A stretch of DNA of 60,696 nucleotides, counting the filler, from Sphacelaria rigidula (Eukaryota): the NCBI GenBank assembly GCA_964200075.2. It is 10 parts of 10 records of this genome, joined end to end, with 100 filler letters (N's around TTAATTAATTAA, not from the genome) between each part and the next. Parts side by side here need not be neighbours in the genome. Positions count along the whole stretch, not along the records: positions 36,481 to 42,459 come from CAXNAA020023044.1; positions 42,560 to 48,538 come from CAXNAA020023045.1; positions 48,639 to 54,617 come from CAXNAA020023046.1; 7 more parts are not named here. One strand, given 5' to 3'. The notes under the pieces are model-generated. The model was not told the origin of the DNA. It made no database searches and was given only the letters and a program-made list of their open reading frames with translations. How positions within the stretch are numbered: the first letter of the stretch is position 1; every line of letters starts with the position of its first letter. This document shows, piece by piece, positions 36,641 through 49,830 of this stretch. The translations under genes were made by a program, and so were the position numbers.

Positions 36641-38214
36641 CCACCGTGCTTTTTGCTATCCTGTTTTGCTATTGTTGTCCCGCTTTTTGTGTTGTTTTTG
36701 CCTCTACCGCCTACTGTCGGCTGTACTTTTCTCGCTTGCTATCGCATCGCATGTTGTCATGTGAACGCGTATTCTCCGCCTCATGTTCTCTTTGAACCCT
36801 GCTTCGATCTGATTGCACGGCTTTTGTTTTGTCATTGTCGCCTGCCTTGTATCACCTTCCCCTGACCTACATCTGTTCACTCATAATATCACCGCTGTAC
36901 CTCACCAGCAATGATCGTGTTCCAGGCATTCTCCATTTTATTTAGTGTTTTTTTGTTGCATATTGAATTGAGACAATCAACCCACCATGATCAGTATGTA
37001 CTTTGCATTTTTATTGTGGCCATGGGGATTTGTGGAATGAACGTGCGGTAAAGCTTCCAATTTTTTCGGTCTTGATTGATTTTCTTTCATCATACATTCC
37101 AATACTTTCTGCATCTCCGGGTGTCGTGTCTGCCATAGCTTTCTTTTGAGCCACCCAATTGTATCGCGTGTTATATAATTTGCGCCGCCGTCGTCTTGCT
37201 CTGTAGAGCTGCACGATTTTTCACTTCATGTTTTGGTAATTTTTGTTTGTGCTTGGCGATCGTGATGTTTTTTTTTTTACCGGGCGGGGTGTAGGCTATC
37301 CGCAGGGCCTTGTCTGCTGCGCTGCCTGTACTCATCATGCTTGAGCAGGATTCCGCTTGTAATTGTTTCATCTATCTGGTTCGCAAGGCCGAAACGCCGA
37401 ATTTACCGCCCGGCACACGACATTTCGATCTGCGTCACGTGGTATAAAACCGAGCCATATTTTCACAGACTCCAAGACTTTCAACGCATACTAACCGTGC
37501 CCTCTATTACTTCCTCCCTTGTTTCACATACACTCTTGTCTTGGGTGTGTCACATCCCGATGAGGGAACCGGCGCTGAACGTGATTGCTTTGGGGAGGAC
37601 ACACAGGAAACACTGAACGGTTTGCTCATGACGGTATGTTCCGGCGTGGAGTGTCAGCAATCTGGTTTGGTTTAGCTGATCCCGTGTACCTTTTTATAGG
37701 ATTCTGGTGGCAGGGTTATTGCCTTGGTGTCAGTTGACATGATCTCCATTTATACCCCTCTCTGGTGATCGATTGTATAGTTTGCTAATCAACATGTTGA
37801 CTTCTTGACGCACCCTGTGCCGTAGTTGGATACCACCTTGTTCCTCCGCGGTACCGCAGTTGGATACTACTTTGTTCAATTGCCTCAAACTTGGTTTTTG
37901 ATATCATGCTGCCACTCATCTTACCGCGTATTGCCTTGCCATTACTTATTCAGTACGCAGACGTACGTAGTTTCCGTATTTTGCCTTTTTGCCCTACATG
38001 CTCAGTATACCATGCAAGTTGACTGCGCGACCATATATCTTGTCTTTGACGGTTCTCACAGGCCCTACACACAGCTTTTAGACACTTGTCTCGCTGATGT
38101 GGTCGCTGAACCCCCTTAAGGGGGGCGAAGTACGAGTTAGTTCCTACTGTCTTGATGGTTGCTGTACAGCGTGCACACCCTTTGCCACAAAACAACGCGG
38201 CCTTCTACGATAAA

Positions 38215-38285
38215 AACACCGATGATCAGAGAAGAAATTCACAAGCTTCTTGATCGAGGTGTTGCTCACCCGACTTTCCGCGGCA
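38215..38285 (+). pseudogene. Tiny Gypsy RT N-terminal relic
   Basis: PMIREEIHKLLDRGVAHP resembles the i.eev.kll..gvi.pS motif. Confidence 0.35.
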
Positions 38286-38959
38286 ACGTTTGCCGACTAC
38301 ACGATTTTATACCACAATGCGGTCTCCTCATAATGGCTTAGCTAGGATGTGGCACACGAACTTGGGACCCGTCTAACAACCATCAATGTACAGCTCATGC
38401 ATGTGAGGTCATGTTTCCTGTCATTTCTGTGCTTTGTCTCTGTGTATTTGGTACATCGTATCTCACTATTAAATTTAATTCAGCATGCCTTGTTTATTTT
38501 TTCTACAGTTTCACAGGATTCGAGGAATCGGGGGCACGGCTGCTGATTGTTCACGGCACTGTACAAATCTTGGCCTCAGAGATGTAGAGAGTATGTTTCA
38601 GGCACACTCTTGGGCAATCGCGCCCTACCCGACGACCCGACGCCATGCTACCGTCTGACACGTTTCCCTTCGAGCTCTGGACTGGCCGTGAGCATTACAC
38701 ACGTACTACAGCTGTCTCAAAAGTAAAACGTCCCTTCCATATCCGTCCACCCCATCTAGAACAGTCCATAGCTGAAGTGCTTGCGTCCCACATTGGGGGA
38801 TCGAACTAGAGAATGACACCCACATTCCACCTGACCCCTGAATTTGCCACTGTGTTGGATTGCATTGCCTGAATATGTCACCGTGTTGGATTGTCGAGAA
38901 CTCTACGTTGTTTCAGGCACTGACGGGTGGGGAATAGGGGAAGACTTCAAGGGGGGGGA

Positions 38960-39365
38960 GAGCATACTCATTTGTTTCGAGCATCCATGTATTTTCGTTA
39001 GCTGCTGTCATCTGTACTGTTCCCAACTTCTTCACCAACTTCATTGCACCCAAGTATTCTCTTAGCTGCTGACATCCGTACTGTTTCCAATTTCTTCATG
39101 AACTTCATCCCTTGCTTTGTTGTGTCTAATCCCAATATCAGCTCATCAATGAATACCTCGAGTAGAGTGGGTGATAACGTACATCCTGGGGCAACTCCTT
39201 GCAAAATATCAAAATATTTTGAATTTCCCCGTCGAGCACCATCGCACTTTTGGCACATATCTGCCATCTTCACCATCGTCCACACCTTTCGTTTGACCCC
39301 AGTTTCCTATATATTTTCTCACAACCCATTGCTTAACACTGCGTCATGAGCCTTTTGCACCTTCA
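38960..39365 (-). mobile_element. Non-LTR (LINE) reverse transcriptase relic with internal deletion
   Basis: VQKAHDAV..NGL, then SKYFDILQGVAPGCTLSPTLLEVFIDEL, fused directly to KLETVRMSAAKRILGC. The YADD region is missing and stops are present. Confidence 0.85.
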
Positions 39366-40613
39366 TCACCCCCACGGTTTCTTCTACCCTGCCATCGTAC
39401 TCGAAGCACCCCGCTCCCCCACGTAGTGATGCCTTGAAGCTTTTGCTCACAGGTTCTACCTCCTGGAAAGGCTATAGCAGTGCCCAGCTGAAGCACCAAG
39501 TGTATAATTATGGGAATCGCTTCGGCGGGTACGATACGAAGATAGAGACTGGAAAGAGCTATCTCACCGGGAACTCGAGCGCCCTAAGCTGGAATGGAGG
39601 AGCCAAGGGTAGACTGCAGCCATCGATGTTTACGAGTGGCTGTTGTGTGATGTGGTATATGATGTCATCGTGAGAGGAATGCGGTGATGAAATGAGTAAA
39701 TAAGTAGCTCTATATCGCTGGTACCGTACGTTTCAGTCACGAATTTCGAGTGTTCGTGTCTTTTTCCTTTTTGCGCTTTGTTAGATATTGCTCCCCAGTT
39801 GTTAACATACGAGCACATGTGTGAGCCAAGGCGCGTGGGCTCTAGTTCCAGTAGAATAGGCGTCAGTAGTTACAGAAGAGCACTCCTCAAAAGCTGCACT
39901 CCTCTAACTATTGATCAGTTCGTGGAAAGGTTGCTTTTAGCGAGGTTCAAGCCCCGCACTACCCCAGAATCAACGCGCGATAAAGCTAACTAGCCAATCG
40001 TTTTCCAGTCTAACTGAGATGCTGGGAAAACGACAGCAGCCGTACTTGTCTACTGTTTCTGTCGTTGGAAAGGGCGCTATAGATTTTCTTCCTTTCCGAA
40101 CGGATGGGGTTTTCCCCTGCTTATCAGGGTTTACCTATCTATTAGATACCGAGTTTTCCCCTGCATTGTAATTATGCAGGTTTTTCTCGTTTTATCTTCA
40201 GGCGTTGATGTACAGGTTTCGTTCTTTTTTCGGCACCTCCAGCCCATAAATCCTTTTTGTTTAGCCTTATATATAAGGCTGGGGGCATGTCATGGATTTA
40301 TTGGTCATTTTCCAGTCGACTAGGCTCATGTGTCATACTTTTGTCATGCTTTGTGTCAGATTATTTACCCATGTTTTCACAGAGCTTTTGAGGATTGATC
40401 CCAGCACGTACAGAAGCCACTAGCCTGTCGCCGATAATACAAGAAGCATTTACGCCATCCATGGACTGCGATATCAGGGGTGTCGCTGGTCTTCGTCTAC
40501 AGTAAGCCTGGCTTGCCTGCAGCTGGTGATGCCTCGAGCATGCGCTGCAGGTGGAGAGTTACTTCAAACCATCTTGCATGCACAATTATCATCGAACTCG
40601 GTCGGATCCTGGT

Positions 40614-40824
40614 TGTAATGCGTGAGAGGACCGCGTGCTCAGAGGACCGCATCGGAATTTGAATATTCCTATGGTTAGGGTTAGGGTTAGGGTTAGTGTC
40701 GGGGTTATGGTCAGGGGCGTAGTACCTGCAGGGACTGGCCCGATTGGTTTTGAAAAACGTCGATCCTGCGGTGTTTTGAACTACGGCGCGGTCCTCCAAG
40801 CACGCGGTCCTCTCACGCATTACA
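40614..40824. mobile_element. 211-bp MITE with 37-bp TIRs and internal (TTAGGG)3
   Basis: TIR TGTAATGCGTGAGAGGACCGCGTGCTCAGAGGACCGC (35/37 to the right end). CTGGT direct repeat on both flanks. Telomeric tract at 40675-40696. Confidence 0.85.
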
Positions 40825-41014
40825 CTGGTGCTTACATGTCTTTTGAGATGACTACTCGGGGGCCCACGAACTGGCACCCTTCACCTCGAGACATCCACCG
40901 CGTGATTCGTTACATGTGTTTCGTAATATGCGGGCGCGACTTGAAAAAGAAGCGGACAACGCGACACACAGTAGATTTGACAGACAGCACAGCTTTCTGA
41001 CTCTCTGCATACAG

Positions 41015-41125
41015 GAGGATGCGAAGCAGATTTATCTGTTCCAAGTTTCAAACCTTCAGCGGGTGTTGACGGTGGCGTTTTCAGTGATCAAGCAGCGCGC
41101 TTCTCGACCACGTTATCTCAATGCG
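41015..41125 (+). CDS. Possible internal exon, unidentified
   Basis: CTGAC branch-like site plus CTCTCTGCATACAG acceptor, 37 open codons EDAKQIYLFQVSNLQRVLTVAFSVIKQRASRPRYLNA, weak GTAGTT donor. Confidence 0.3.
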
Positions 41126-43447
41126 GTAGTTGTTGCCGTGCTGTAGTGTATCTACACTCTCTACGGCGACCTCGGTGTGATGTGCGCTTAAGAGTACGTG
41201 AGCAGTTGTACTGCTGTATGCTCTGTTTCCGTCGGCACAGAATCGCGGTGGGATCAAAATCCTGCAGAAACAATTTTTCAAACAATCAGGTGACGAGTGT
41301 GCAGCTGTCTGTTCGGTCTGCAGGGACCATAGTACCGCAGAAGACACGCAAGGCAGGTGTATGCAGGTTGAGGCAAATATATTGAACCAGCACGGAGCTG
41401 CTGTATCCTCGGTGATTGGTGGTAGCAGCTGTCTGCCTCACAGCAGCACAATGTGTGGTCTAGTATCAGATTTTTGCTGACTAACGTCTCAGCAAACTGC
41501 CCTACAGGGTTCGCAGATTCGCGTTGTCGGAGGGGCGACACGATTGCTTTTTTTGTTGTTGGCTCCCTTGCATGGTAGACACACACCAGATCCCACATGA
41601 TGCGGAAGTAATTGCATAGGACGTCACCCTAGCAAACGAAGGCAAGCACTTACCCTTGACCAGCGGCATTGGGATCAACACCCCATCCTGTCCCACCGGC
41701 ACCGGCACCGCAGTACCCGTATCTATTACCCGTACACCTCTTTACTACTGAATACAGATGGTCCGTACAGTACGGATGGTAGCACAAGGCATGTACCCGT
41801 AGCGACGACACCCGTCCTGTGGAACACCAAATTATTATCTGCACAAGAGGCTGGTAAGTAAAAACTACAAATCTAAGCACTCACGACTAGCAAGTCGAAC
41901 ATGAGTGGTGCAGCTACAGACTACACGCATAAAACAGGGTGGCATGACGAGAACTGATTGTTCACAGTAGATTTTGGGACATTGTGCCGAGGGCTTGAAA
42001 AGTAGAACATTGTCCAGGTATATACAAATTAACTGGTTGCTTGGCCGGACTAAACTCAACGGATGTGCATTTTTTTCGTGCGAGTCAATGAACACATTTT
42101 CCCCAGGCAGCAGCGGCGATCAATGTTCACATGGAACGAGGCTCATTACAAACCCCATGTATAATATATGCATGTTAAAACACGCCCTTAAAGAATCCAT
42201 CAACATGAGATACTCACCCAAATGTCAAAATACACCTTACATGCAATGCACAAAATGACAAATAACAGTAATCGCCGCCGCCATCGGAAAAATTGGTCGT
42301 AACTCCCATAAAAAAAACGGTATATTATCCGGTTGTACTTTCCCACAAGCGACCCACACGCCGTATTCTCCCCCCAACCCTCCACGATGGTGAGACACCC
42401 ATGAGGCAGTCTACAAGCTGTGGCTGTCTCGGGAAGTGGCGATACCAGAAAATAAAGCANNNNNNNNNNNNNNNNNNNNNNNNNNNNNNNNNNNNNNNNN
42501 NNNTTAATTAATTAANNNNNNNNNNNNNNNNNNNNNNNNNNNNNNNNNNNNNNNNNNNNGATTGGGCTTGGTATTCGTAATTCAGATCTCGGAACAGCTT
42601 GAAGGGCGCTGATTAGCTGAGACACATTTCCGTCCATAGCGCCACCGCTACGGCCTTAAACGAAAATCCGGCTAAGTCACCCTCTTTGTCTCTTCATTAC
42701 GGTCAGTATGATACCATATATGCGACTATTGGGTGCGTATTGCGTAAGGCATTTGCTGATGACACAATTTTGGGTGATCACCGTTAACCAGCCTGTATCA
42801 TTTTATTGCAGTGTATGGTATTGATAAGCATACATTTTTCCCCTTGTGACATGTAACGCAGACAGCGATCTCATGCGTTTTGCACCCTCGCTTGTCAAAC
42901 CACAGAAATCTATGTCGACGTTTTCATGTCTGCAGAAATGACTTTAGCTGCGCGCTGGGCGATATGTGTAGTTTTCAGTGATGTTTGCGGTTGGTGGTAG
43001 GCGTGCTTTCGGCTTCCCTGTACTATGGCTTGGAATAAGCCGTACGTTTGATGTAGAGCTTCATGTTGGTTAAGCGCCCGGCGTGGGTACACAAGGCAGC
43101 AACGACTACCTAGCCACTTAAACCCAAAACCGTGTCGAGTATGAAATACCGGGGTATTTAGACCTACCTGGCAGTAGCCACCCTCACTGACCCGACTGGT
43201 CACCAACACGACGAGAAGGTCTCAGCAAGTGCACAACGCCGACTGTGCCATGCAACAAAGCACAAGAGATACGTGTTTAGGTATTATGTACCAATTGGGC
43301 ATCGTTCACGCAAGATTATGGCACCAAATACCCAACTACTGTGACGTACCCATTACACTGTACACTTAAGCTGACTCCACCTTGGACATGCGCAGTAGAA
43401 ACCAGAAGCTCCACACGTGGACAGATAGCACCCTGTGGGGCACGTCT

Positions 43448-43618
43448 ACAGGGTTCAGGGAAACTATGCAGTATTTCTCGCGGGGATTTGGCTGTAGGGT
43501 GTTATTTTGCGCCACACAGGACGCTTCACGGGGTTTCAGGAAACGTTTGCAGTGTTACTCGTGGGGATTTGGCTGTAGGGTATTGTTTCGCGTCGCACAG
43601 TACGCTTCACAGGGTTCC
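43448..43618. repeat. Two tandem copies of an ~80-bp unit
   Basis: GGGGATTTGGCTGTAGGGT and ACGCTTCAC are each duplicated at about 80-bp spacing. Confidence 0.85.
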
Positions 43619-44834
43619 GTTACCCTGTGTACTGTTCATCGTTGTAAATATGCTGTACAGTGTTTATAGCGCAAATACGATATACTCCACCTTACAGCAC
43701 GGGCATCGTACTGGCAGAAAAAAACGGTCGAAATAGCAGTGGTAGGTATTAAACTAGCGGATTTGTGCTCAGAAATGCGACGAAATGTACATTGAACAAC
43801 TAATGATTCGTTGTTGACGATGTGAGAATATTTGTGCTTCTGATAAAGATCAAGCAAAAACCTCCATAAACAGAAGCATGATTGATTGAGTGATTTTTCC
43901 CAAGAATCATTTGATTTGTTATATCGGTAGACTTTGGACAACGGCGTTTTTATGAACTATCTGCATACATATGCGAGGTATGCGCCCCGTTTCCAGCATC
44001 CACGCCTGAAGTCAAATCATCGTATTTAAGCTCAGGCGTGTGGACGTACACTCGTAAGTAGTGTTTGAGATTTGTAATTAGCAAAGGCTGTTGGCGATTC
44101 TATCCTATAGCCCAAGCAGTTCTATTTCATAGCCCAATCACAGACATTACACATCGTACGAAACAGGGTCCAGAGGCAGAAACGAAAAAAGCATACTCCT
44201 CAGGTCTTCCAAAAAGTAGTGTTTTCTAAGCTTTTGGAACCCTCCCCTCCTGTCCCCGGGTCGAACGCCTCATTATGAAAAGCCCCGACAAAGAGGGGGA
44301 AAAGATGGGAACAGACAAGGCCGGCGACAACCATTTTAAAATAAGAACCAAAGAAGATCTTGAATCCAGTGGCACACGCGGCGGGTGCAAGAAACGTGTC
44401 CTCCCTGGAGAGATTGGGTGAGGTTTGATTGACAGTAATGAGAAATAACACGGGTTAGAGGCAGTCGCCTATTCCATTGTTTTTAGTGTCTCATCCTCGG
44501 GCGGGTCAAGGTGCCAGGACCCGCAGTTGAATCGCTTCACAGTCTTCTTGACATGGTCATTATTTACCCTCTAATATAGCAACCGTCCCCAGTACACAGG
44601 ATACTACAGGGTTCACAATCGGTGACAAGCACAACGAGTTTGAAACAAGAGCAGTCAATACAGCCAACATGGGCGACATCGTGCTATTACTGTACAGTGT
44701 AGTAACTCTGCCGGCGAAAAAGCACTGTGCTATGAAAGAACGAAGTAGTTCTTGATGTGGCGTGATATCTCAAGGAGATGCACAGAGCCAGCACGAAGTG
44801 GCGGTAAATCACATTTGCTTGTCGAAAAGACTGA

Positions 44835-45194
44835 TGTTGGAAATTGGCGCTTATGTGGCCGAGAATCTCAGTGAAGAGAGTGAAGAAGAAAAAGAGAGTG
44901 AGAGGGTGTGGGGGCAACCCACAAGTACCCTCGGATCAATGCGCTACGCCTAAGTTCTTACTTATGAGAATATTCTTACTTATGAGAATCCTACGACTTT
45001 ACATTAACCCGACAGAACTCTAGAACAAAGTAATGAGAATCCTAGAACTTTACATTAACCCGACAGAGACGGAAGCTCCGCTAACAATCTTAGAACAGTT
45101 GCAATCCTCTGAGGATGCGGAAGTTGTACTGCTATTTACCCGATATGAGCGACTATCGAAATAAGAGACCAACAACAAATCTGTTGTTCTAACA
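44835..45194 (-). repeat. Copia C 3' LTR (about 360 bp)
   Basis: On the minus strand, GCGGGGGCG is followed by TGTTAGA and the LTR ends TTCCAACA. Short internal tandem duplications. Confidence 0.75.
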
Positions 45195-48100
45195 CGCCCC
45201 CGCGATGGAAGCCTATATCGATGAATGCTGCGAAGTGCGCCCCCGTGATGGAAGCTTTCTACAGAGAAGGTTGAACAGGCACGCTGATAAATATCATTAC
45301 CGATGTCCTGACCGTCCGAAGAAAAGAAGGAAAGGCGAAGCAAAAACAAAGTATGCTCATAATGCAGCCGTCGTTACGCTACATACACAAATAGCAAACC
45401 GTTGATACAGTCCGCTAAGTAAGTAGTCCAAGCTGAACCATCCTGGTAATCCAAGAAAAGCAAATAAAAGAAGTAGAACCGCGAAGAAAAGCTGTGGAAT
45501 TCCTCAAGTTGAAACGTGGTGACGTGGTAGCTTGCCCTGCTGGAGGTTCGGTCCCCTGAGGATGACCGCAAGCATCTCCGTGAAGAGGGGCTAGCCAGGA
45601 ACTTGGTGAGGATGTCGCTGAGCTGACCCTTCGTGGAGACGTGGTCGATGATAATCTTGTCGTCGGTGATCCAATCGCGAAGGCCGGCGAACCTGATCGC
45701 GAGGTGTTTGCTCCTGCTGCTGTACGAGCCTTGTCCCGCGAGTAGCAGGGCGCCCTTGTTGTCGCAAATTATGCGGGCGCTGCGGAAGGTCCTCCATCCG
45801 AGCTCTCCGAGGATGCCACGCAGGTAACTGCCTTGTTTTGCGCAAGAGCTCATGGCAATCAGCTCCGCTTAGGTGGTAGATTGGGCTGAGGTTTTCTGAA
45901 CGCTAGCCGAGAAGTGTATGACACCCCCAGCAAGGAAGTAGATGCTCCCCGATGTAGACCTAGCCTTCTCCGGGTTGCCCGTGCCGTAAGAGGCGTCACA
46001 GAACCCAGTGAGCTCGAAGCTGCTGTTCCGGCTGTAGGTGATGCGAATGTCAGGGGTGCCGCGCAGGTATCGCAGAATGCGTTTCACGGCCCCCATGTGT
46101 ACTGAGGTTGGCTTGCTCATGAACCGTGCCGCCTGTGACACTGCGAAGCAGATGTCCACGCGGGTACACTGGCACAGGAAGATGAGGGACCCCACGATGC
46201 TCTGGTAGTCGAGAGTGTCATCCTTGTCGAGCGGTACGCTGCCTTCGGGCTCCGCGGTCAGCTCGTTGCCGATTCCAGGTGTGTGTACTGCGTTGCAGTC
46301 GGACATGCCGCACTTTTGCAGTAGCGACATTACGTAGGGCCCTTGGCTGATGCTGATGGTGCCTAGCTGCTTGTCCTGGATGATGTCGATCCCCAAGATT
46401 TTAGTGGCGTCGCCAAAATCCGTCATAGAAAACTTGTCCATGAGTGCTTTCCGGAGTTTGGCCACGATTGCTGAGTTGGGTCCCGTGATGAGGAGGTCGT
46501 CCACGTACAGAGTGAGCATGATGTAGTCGTCTCCGCTGCCCTTGACGTATACGCACGCGTCGCTCACGGTCGGTTCGAAGCCGAGTGCTTGCAGATCGCC
46601 GTCGATGGTGCTGTTCCATGCTTTTGGTGACTGCCGCAGCCCGTAGATGGACTTGTGCAGCTTCATGATGAACGGTCGCCCCCGCGAGTTTTTTTTTCGA
46701 ACCCCGGCGCCTGCCGCATGTAGACTTCTTCCTCGAGCTTTCCGTTGAGAAATGCTGTTGAGAAGTCCATGGCTAAGACGCTCCATCCGTTGGCAGCGGC
46801 GATGGCAAGAAGGAGGCGTTGACTCTCGATCCAGCAGACCGGCGCAAACGTGCTGCCGCAGTCTATGCCGTGCCCCTGGGACCAGCCCGTTCTGACGACT
46901 CTGCCTTTGAATCGCCCATCCGTTTCTACCTTGAACACCCAGCGTGAGCCGATGATGTTGTGGCCTGGAGGAACTGCTTCCGGAGGGACTAACTCGAAAA
47001 CCTGGAGGTCGATGAGGCTCTGGTGCTCCTTCCGGGCGGCCGTCAGCCATTCCGCAGAATGAGGCGAGGTCATTGCCTCCTTGAAGGTGTTGGGTTCAGG
47101 GATGGCCCCTGGAGTAGTGACCTTGTGTAGCCCCACAACGCCGATGTAGTGACTTACTTGTTGCATAAGCGAGTACGACTCTTGGCGTGCAGCGAAGTCC
47201 ACGGCAAGCGCCAGCTGGCGTAGCGCCCGCGCTTGGTTCCGGCCGGAGGGAGAAAACTTTCTTGTGGCGGTAGCCGCGGGTTTCGGAGATGAGGATGTTG
47301 CCGATCGTAGTTGCCGCGTAAAGCCGGGCGGTGAATCATTCGAGTCGTCTGCTGCGTCCAAATTGCTGATGCCGTTGAAAAAGCGGTCGTTGGTGTTGTC
47401 GTTGATGATGTCGATACTGTCATTGGCACTGTTGCTGTCCAGCGCGAAGTCCTCATAAATTGGGTCGTCGCTGTAATCTTGCCCCCGGTCGCCGGTTGTG
47501 GTGCGAACAGCGACCGGCGGCGTCTCTATTAAAGTGACGTTGCGGGTGCTGATGACCTGCCCTGTGTGGCGGTCGTAGATTCGGTAGGTAGGCTTGTCGT
47601 TGTCGTAGCAGATGAGAACTCCTTCGCGCGCCCTAGGATCTAGCTTGCGTAGATGCCCCTCATGGTGGACGAAGGCGCGCGCCCCGATGGTGCGCAGGAA
47701 GGATGGATCGGCGTGCTTGCTGAACATCCTGTAGTAGGGGTGTTTCCGCCGATAGTCTTTTTCGGCAGGCGGTTCAGGAGAAAAACCGCAGTGGCCGCCA
47801 TTTCCCCCCAGAGGGACTTTGGGAGGGCTGCGCCGTTGAGAAGGCACCGGGACACGCCCATGATTGTGCGCCCGTCGCGCTCGCTGAGGCCGTTCTGCTC
47901 CGGCGTATTGGGCGAGCTGAACTGTTGGACGATCGCGGTGGTCTTGCAGTACTCGCGGTAGTAGCTGGCGATAAACTCGCCACCACCGTCGGCCCGTAGG
48001 TGCTGAATTCGTAGTCCCAGCGGCATAGCCAAGTCTTGTACAAATTTGACGAGCGTTGTGAGTGCTTCGTCCTTGGTGGAAATGAAGTAGGCGGCTCTGA

Positions 48101-48538
48101 ATTTGCTGTAGTGGTCGGAGTACTTGGCCATGTACCTGAAATTCCCACGCGCCAGGGGCGTCACGGGTCCCAATAGGTCCGTGCTGACCAATTGCAGCCT
48201 TTCGGAGATGACGGTTGAAGCCGGCCTGTTCCGAATCGGCTGTCTGACGCCCTTGTTGATTTAGTAGATCTCGCACGAGGTCAGCGAGCCGGTAAACTGA
48301 ACACCCGTCTCGGCGATGTCCCGCGCCGCATGCATAGTGCGCTCGTTGGGATGTCCAAGGTGCTGGTGCCACGTGTTTGCCCCCGCCGCCGGCATGGCGG
48401 TAGCCGGTTGAACTGGCAAAGGGGTAGTTGAAGTGGCCGACAACCCCGGCGTGGCCGTCAGAGCCGACGGTGTTGCTGTGGAAGCTGTAGGTGCCGCTGT
48501 GGCCCCGCTACGAATTAGACGTGAGGCCATTGCTCTTC
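44835..48538 (-). mobile_element. Ty1/Copia retrotransposon C (3' two-thirds) with 3' LTR, lightly decayed
   Basis: WHQHLGH pre-integrase, TDLLGP / ADGGGEF / EQNGLSER integrase, GSRWVFK, IYGLRQSPKAW, YVDD, GFCDAS, RSKHL, LSDILTK. A few frameshifts and an in-frame TAA at 45869. Confidence 0.95.
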
Positions 48539-48638
48539 NNNNNNNNNNNNNNNNNNNNNNNNNNNNNNNNNNNNNNNNNNNNTTAATTAATTAANNNNNN
48601 NNNNNNNNNNNNNNNNNNNNNNNNNNNNNNNNNNNNNN

Positions 48639-48933
48639 ATGTCGTGGGTAAACAAAATTCGACTGAACGGTCGACGAGGGAAAGGGACGGCTGATCCCCT
48701 CTCGCGATAAAAAAAAAGGAAAGCACCGCAAAAGGAAGGTGGTGTATTAAAAACAAATAAAAAAGCGATAAAAAAAAGGCAAGCACCGCAGAAGAAAGGT
48801 GGTGTATTAAAAACAAATAAAAAAGAAAAAACTCCTGTGTTCTACCTCCTGTGTGACCGCGGCTGATGGGCCCACATATCCCGATAAGGGTGAACTGGCG
48901 CCCAGAATGAATGGGACGACAACACACACACAC
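48639..48933 (+). mobile_element. SINE family A, 5' end cut by the contig edge, with internal ~58-bp duplication
   Basis: Colinear with 49950-50195 and 51010-51257. Ends GGGACGACAACACACACA. Confidence 0.85.
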
Positions 48934-49030
48934 TACTCTTCGATAGAACTCGAAATTGACAGCGTCGGTCGATTTTGGTACAAAAAAGCATATCATCTTC
49001 GAAACACAGTGCCCAAGTCAGTGTTAATAG

Positions 49031-49133
49031 CATACCCTGGACAATAGAATACACCGTCGAAAAATAATAGACAATAGATTCCATACTGTATGCAGTACAT
49101 TTTTTTACCGTGTATTCTATTGTCCAGGGTATG
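49031..49133. repeat. 103-bp hairpin (MITE or pre-miRNA-like)
   Basis: Perfect 24-bp inverted repeat CATACCCTGGACAATAGAATACAC / GTGTATTCTATTGTCCAGGGTATG. Confidence 0.85.
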
Positions 49134-49554
49134 ATTGATTGGTGTTATCGGGCGAAACGAGTAAATAACCCGTTCATCAGGAGGGTGTCATTGACCGTGA
49201 AACACAGTTTTTCGGCCCTAGTGCACTGAGTAGGCAGAATTTCGAAAAAATAAAACTGTACAGTTGTTTGAAAATATGATCGGGGCGGGCTCGATCGACC
49301 GAAAATACAGAAGAGTAAGAACCTGGTCTGAAACCTGGCAGGACCCCCGATGACCGGTCATCCCGCAAGTCACTCAATATTGAGTACAGATAAGTTTTTC
49401 TTCTTGGAACGTGGAGCGGATACCAATATCTCCAGACCCCCGATGTGATAGGGGGCGGCAAGGGAAAAAAGCCCAAGAAAATCGCCAATTACGAAAAACT
49501 CACAAAATGCCACAAAATGAATACTTCGACCGCCCACTACTGTAGACACGTTTA

Positions 49555-49712
49555 GTCAATGAGAATCAATTGTTCCACACTTTGAAGCACATGGGCATCT
49601 TCCCCTTGATTAGTCGATTAATGCGATATGCGGGTCATGGCCCAACTCGTATGTGTCGATGAGATCTTACTTCGAGAGCTTGAACCCCATGCCGTCTAGG
49701 CTGCACCAGTTC
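49555..49712. mobile_element. Right end of the mariner-like family seen at 34862-35710 (degenerate)
   Basis: CATCTTCCCCTTGATT..CGATATGCGG..GGCCCAA.TCGT.TGTGTCGA..GAGAT..GAGCTT..TAGGCTG aligns to 35598-35710. Confidence 0.75.
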
Positions 49713-49830
49713 ATTTAGCTCTCGGCGTTGCGTGGCGGAATGGTTTTAATTCGCCGCGCCGCCGTATCTATATCATGTGATCACTCCCTGGTACAACCTA
49801 ATAACCGAGTATTGTGGATCCCAGTTCACA

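Noticed and set aside
36900..38120. Degraded LINE endonuclease/ORF2 on the minus strand (FSDH motif)
   Set aside because: Only one short motif amid many stops. It cannot be supported without a homology search.
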